Part shown: piece after piece, positions 59,738 through 64,000 of the stretch
How the letters are laid out: every line of letters starts with the position of its first letter
Position numbering within the stretch: the stretch's first letter is position 1
DNA from: Rebecca billardiae RCC1528
Taxonomy: Eukaryota; Protista; Haptophyta
Assembly (NCBI GenBank): GCA_965240325.2
Contig: OZ251228.1
Span: forward strand, 372,001 to 436,000
Reading direction: 5' to 3'
Length of the DNA stretch: 64,000 nt
Made by a program: the position numbers and the translations under genes
The notes under the pieces: generated by a model
Databases searched by the model: none
Told to the model about the DNA's origin: nothing
The model's input: the letters and a program-made list of their open reading frames with translations, nothing else

Positions 59738-61450
59738 ATGGCGCCCGGGCGGCGAGCGCGGCAAGCACACGGGTGCCTCCTTCTGCTGCTGGGCGCGCGG
59801 CAGGCGGCGGCGCCGCTCGCGTGCCCGTTCAACGGCACACGGCCGCTCATCTCCCCCCCGCTCGACGAGGCGCGCTGGCAGCGGATCGCGCGCAACGTCG
59901 TGCGCGCGTCGCTCGAGCTTCCGGCCATCGAAGACAATCGGCTGTCGGCCGCGGTGCTCCGATGGCGATTCCCTGCCGAGCAGGGCGCGACGGCGCAGGT
60001 GGGCATGTCCTCGATGGGCGAGCGGGCCCCACCAAAGCTCACGCGCCCCATCTTCAGCCAGGCCGTCGCGATGAGTCGCGCGCGCGGCCCGGCCATCGTG
60101 ACGGGCGCATCGGATGCCGGGTACGCCCTGCGCTGGTACCCGATGCTGGCGAACAAGGTGCTCTTCTGCCGCGCGGCGGACTGCGCGCTGTACGTGTGGA
60201 CCGGCCCGTTGCCCCGCGAGCTGCGCGCGGCGCCGCTCGCCTGCGCGTGCACGCCGCGCGAGAAGCTTCTCAACCGGCAGCGAGAACCTTCCAACCACCA
60301 CGTGAAGATCACAGCGATGCTTCTCGCGCTCGATGACGTGCAGGTGCGCGCGGCGCGAGCGCGCGAGGGCCGGTGCATGCGAGGCGGCGCGTCGCGGCCC
60401 GTGCTCCCAGCGCGCGCGCCCAGCGCGACGCCCCGCTGCAGCGTGCCTCACCCTCGCCGCCGCGCCGCCGCCGCCGCGCCGCCGCATGATTCTGCTGCTG
60501 GTACCAATAACTACTACGCTACGACAAAAAAATAAACGCCTGTCGCTCCATTCGTATCACTCTGCTGCCTGCCCTACATGCCGCAGGTGAGCGCGGCGAT
60601 CTGGGTGGACTTCGACTCGGCCTTCTCGCGGCTGCTGCCGCCAGGGGGCCTCGCGCACCGGCTGCCGCACCGCGCGTCGGTGCTCTTCGCGCTGATGGCC
60701 GACCCGAAGCAGCGGCGCGCGCGCCCGTGGTTTGTGTGCGGCTGCCAGCTGAGCGCGCGCGACCACGCCGCCGCGCGCCGCTTCCTCCGCCTCTGGCTCG
60801 ACAAGCGGTGCGGGCACAAGGACCAGCCGTCGGCGTGGGACGCGATCGTGCAGACACTCGTTGAGGAGGGCTGCTACTCCGGCCGGCACGCGCGCGAGCT
60901 CGAGTCCATGTTCACCCGCGGCAGCTACTGGCAGGTCCGGCACGAGCCGCCCGATCTGAGCCGCGAGGTACGAATCTCCAAGGAGTGCCTCCGCACGGCG
61001 CCCGTGCAGCTGCTGGACGACGCGGAGCGGCCGCTCTCGCTGTTCTGCAACCTGGACATGCTGCTCAAGCGGGGGCGGCCGCGCAGCCCGTGCGTCGTCG
61101 TGCACCTCGACTCGCACTCCAAGGCGCCCCTCGTCCAACGCCCGCCGCTCCCGGCTGCGCGCTGGTTCGACGAGCAGCTGAGGCTACTCGGCCAGATCAC
61201 TGCGCACAACGACTCGCTCGCGCGCGCCGCGCGCGCGTACAGGAACGAGCTGAAGCGGCCGTTCCAGCCGATGGGCGAGGTGCGCCCGCTCTCGGCGCGC
61301 GCCGCCGCGCGGCTCGAGCTCGACGCCTTGCGCAGGGCGGGGAAGGCGGGGCCGGCTGCGGGCCTGGTGCGCGGCCGCGGCGCACCCGCCGCCGCCGAAG
61401 CGCGCGGCCGCCTCGCAGTCGCAGCTGCGGGGGTCAACGAAATAAAATAA
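59738..61450 (+). CDS. Putative GT34-like glycosyltransferase, 2 exons (intron 60344-60586)
   Basis: Signal sequence; [26 protein letters not shown] (DxD), FLRLWL..DQPSAW. Confidence 0.6.
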
Positions 61451-61535
61451 TCCGTGGATTGCGCGCTCTGGATCCACAACGTGCGACGGACACGCGCGGA
61501 ATTGCTCGCCAAGCCGCCATTGTCGGGCTGGAGCG

Positions 61536-62912
61536 ATGAGGCCGGCGCGGTTGGGCGGCGCGGCACTCGTGCTCAGGCACGCACTGTGCGCCGTGGGCAG
61601 CGCGGCGCCCCCGCTGGTAGCAACGCTATGGGCGCGCCCCCTCGCACGCGCACCGCTCTCGCGCGGCCTCTCGCCGCAGCCGCTCCGCGCGTCCGCGGAC
61701 GCGGACGCGGGCGCGCCGGTCGATGCTGTCGGCGAGCTGCGGCGCCTTCTGGAGGAGGTGGCGGAGCGCGCGGAGCAGAACGCGGCACTGGCGCGGCCGG
61801 ACGCGGCGCGCGAGCGCTTGAAGCAGCTCGAGGCGCAGGCTGAGCAGCCCTCCTTCTGGGACGACTCCGAGCGCGCGCAGGCCGTGCTGCGCGAGCTGAA
61901 CGCTGCCAAGGCGAGCGTCGAGCGCGTCGACAGCTGGGGCGCGGCGGCGGACGAGGCGCGCGCGACCCTCGAGCTGGCGGCGGAGGTGGGGTCGCCGGAG
62001 GAGCTCGACGAGCTCGTCTCCTACGCGCGCGAGCGGCTGCAGGCCGCGCGCGCCGACATGGCCAGCTGGGAGCTGCTCAAGCTCTTCAGCGGACGATATG
62101 ACGCGGGCGGGTGCCAGCTGACCGTCACGGCGGGCGCGGGCGGGACCGAGGCGTGCGACTGGGCGGAGATGCTCGTGCGGATGTACACGCGGTTCGCCGA
62201 GCGGCAGGGCTTCCGCGCCGCGCTCGTCGACTCCACGGCCGGCGACGAGGTCGGTTACAAGTCCGCCACCCTCGAGCTGGAGGGCGAGTACGCTTACGGC
62301 TTCCTGCGCGGCGAGAAGGGCACGCACCGGCTCGTGCGGCTGTCGCCCTTCAACGCGCTCTCGAAGCGGATGACGACGTTCGCGGGCGTGGAGGTGATGC
62401 CGGTGCTGGACGAGGCGGAGCCGACTCTCCGCGACGTCGAGATCCCCGAGCGCGACCTCGAGATCACCACGATGCGCTCGGGCGGCGCGGGCGGGCAGAA
62501 CGTGAACAAGGTGGAGACGGGCGTGCGCGCCAAGCACCTGCCGACCGGTCTGGCGGTCAAGTGCACGCAGGAGCGGTCGCAGGTGCTCAACCGGCAGCGC
62601 GCGCTGCGGCTGCTGCGCGGCAAGCTGCTCGTCGTGATGGAGGAGCAGCGCGTCGCCGAGCTCCGCGCGATCCGCGGCGACGCGGTCAGCGCCGCGTGGG
62701 GCGCGCAGATCCGCTCGTACGTGCTGCACCCGTACAAGATGGTCAAGGACCTGCGCACGGGGCACGAGAGCACGCAGCCGCAGGACGTGATGGACGGCGA
62801 GCTCGCGCCGTTCGTCGAGGCGTTCTTGCGACACTCGCAGGCGGCGGCGGATGGCGGCGGGGAGGCGGCGGCGGTGGAGGCGGCTGCTGCGTCGGGCGGC
62901 GGCGCATCATGA
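61536..62912 (+). CDS. prfB: Organellar (probably plastid) peptide chain release factor 2
   Basis: [23 protein letters not shown] (SPF motif), [25 protein letters not shown]; N-terminal targeting extension; no internal frameshift. Confidence 0.93.
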   Translation: MRPARLGGAALVLRHALCAVGSAAPPLVATLWARPLARAPLSRGLSPQPLRASADADAGAPVDAVGELRRLLEEVAERAEQNAALARPDAARERLKQLEAQAEQPSFWDDSERAQAVLRELNAAKASVERVDSWGAAADEARATLELAAEVGSPEELDELVSYARERLQAARADMASWELLKLFSGRYDAGGCQLTVTAGAGGTEACDWAEMLVRMYTRFAERQGFRAALVDSTAGDEVGYKSATLELEGEYAYGFLRGEKGTHRLVRLSPFNALSKRMTTFAGVEVMPVLDEAEPTLRDVEIPERDLEITTMRSGGAGGQNVNKVETGVRAKHLPTGLAVKCTQERSQVLNRQRALRLLRGKLLVVMEEQRVAELRAIRGDAVSAAWGAQIRSYVLHPYKMVKDLRTGHESTQPQDVMDGELAPFVEAFLRHSQAAADGGGEAAAVEAAAASGGGAS

Positions 62913-63328
62913 TTCATCATCATATTTCGTCATGAGTTCATGACTGACAGGCTGAGACTGCTAGCTGCTAGTAGTAGAGTAGTATAGCTAGTGGCCTATA
63001 TATATATAGTAGTGACGATGATCGCGATGATGACAGCATCTGATGACGATCGAGATGAGTATATATATACGACATACAGATTACACGGACGATTTGAAAT
63101 TATTTGAAAATCCGGTCTAAATAAATTAATAATAATTAATATTATAATATGCGGCATACTCTATATATGATGCGCGAAGCTCTCCCGCGGGCGCGAGACG
63201 TCACCCAGACGACGCGTCCGCCGGGCGGGGCCAGTTGGTCTTACTGACTCACAAGTCAGATCGGATAGACGGACCGTCGAATCGCTGGCGGGATCAGTCA
63301 GCTGCCCGAGTTGGCGCGGACAGCGCGC

Positions 63329-64000
63329 TCAGTGCGCCATGCGCTTCTTGATCTGCTGGATGGCCTTGCCCGGGTTGAGGTGCTTGGGGCACGTGTTCGA
63401 GCAGTTCATGATCGTGTGGCAGCGGTACACCTTGTACGCGTCGTCGAGGAACGCGAGCCGCTCCTTGTGCGTCGCGTCCCGCGAGTCCGCCAGCCAGCGG
63501 TACGCCTGCAGCAGCACGGCTGGGCCGAGGTACTTGTCGGCGTTCCACCAGTACGAGGGGCACGAGGTGGAGCAGCACGCGCACAGCACGCACTCGTACA
63601 GCCCGTCGAGCTGTTGCCGGTCCTCCTTTGACTGGTAGTTCTCAACCGACGTGTCCGTGCCCGGCTTGGTGTTGAGCCACGGCTGCACGCTCTTGTGCTG
63701 CTCATAAAAGTTGCTCATGTCCGGCACTGCGCGCGCGGCGCGGCGGGCGGGAGGCGTGCGCGCGGCGAGGACGGCACGAGGGAGTCGGTGGCGCGGCACG
63801 ACGCCTGCCCAGCCGCGCGCGCGGACGCACGACGCGACGCGGCGCGCGCGGCGCCCGCGCTGCACGAGCGCGCGCACGCACCGAGGTCCTTCACCACGTA
63901 CATGTGCGGCAGCGGGTAGATCTTCGTCTTGGCCGACTCGGGCGTGATCTTGCACAGGCAGGCGAGGGTGTTGGTGCCGTCGATGTTCATCGCGCACGAT
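63329..64000 (-). CDS. SDHB: Succinate dehydrogenase iron-sulfur subunit, 5' part outside the window
   Basis: [26 protein letters not shown]|[43 protein letters not shown]; intron ~63882-63728. Confidence 0.96.
   Translation of the reverse strand: MVRDEHRRHQHPRLPVQDHARVGQDEDLPAAAHVRGEGPRCVRALVQRGRRARRVASCVRARGWAGVVPRHRLPRAVLAARTPPARRAARAVPDMSNFYEQHKSVQPWLNTKPGTDTSVENYQSKEDRQQLDGLYECVLCACCSTSCPSYWWNADKYLGPAVLLQAYRWLADSRDATHKERLAFLDDAYKVYRCHTIMNCSNTCPKHLNPGKAIQQIKKRMAH

Noticed and set aside
61536-62912. Bacterial contamination or programmed +1 frameshift in prfB
   Set aside because: The ORF is continuous, has an N-terminal targeting extension and host codon usage, and lies among intron-containing genes.

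Overview
Very GC-rich, gene-dense eukaryotic DNA with short GC-rich GT-AG introns and tight head-to-head gene pairs. It looks like a haptophyte alga, possibly Pavlovales/Diacronema-like, but this is inference only. About 19 host genes are recognisable: a PHS1-like actin-fragmin-kinase protein with IQ motifs (missed by the ORF track, runs off the left edge), a sulfotransferase, NUP50, EAF6, an AP2 protein, a SET/LSMT methyltransferase, a BAR-PH protein, an RGG + tandem SpoVS protein, GDPD, mitochondrial Lon, a hypothetical protein, a formin, a DUF1769-PH-DUF547 protein, PP1, a tandem DJ-1/PfpI protein, two glycosyltransferase-like genes, an organellar RF2 and SDHB. Four mobile-element islands (about 4.3-11.6, 17.9-20.5, 26.4-31.4 and 48.5-53.3 kb) are built on (TA)n, (TTA)n and (GA)n microsatellites. 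The strongest unexplained signal is two, probably three, sequence-unrelated non-autonomous families with the same end grammar: a terminal inverted-repeat arm at one end, its partner placed subterminally at the other end, then a 3-nt-loop DNA hairpin. They have no real TSD, insert at A/T steps, form head-to-tail or tail-to-tail dimers and carry different interiors, including a decayed host-like gene. This suggests rolling-circle (HUH; Helitron2/Helentron- or Replitron-like) mobilisation. Also present are a TIR element with a 7-bp TSD (two copies plus a probable excision footprint), a Copia remnant and 3' ends of a probable RLE-type non-LTR retrotransposon. All calls were made by eye, without database searches.
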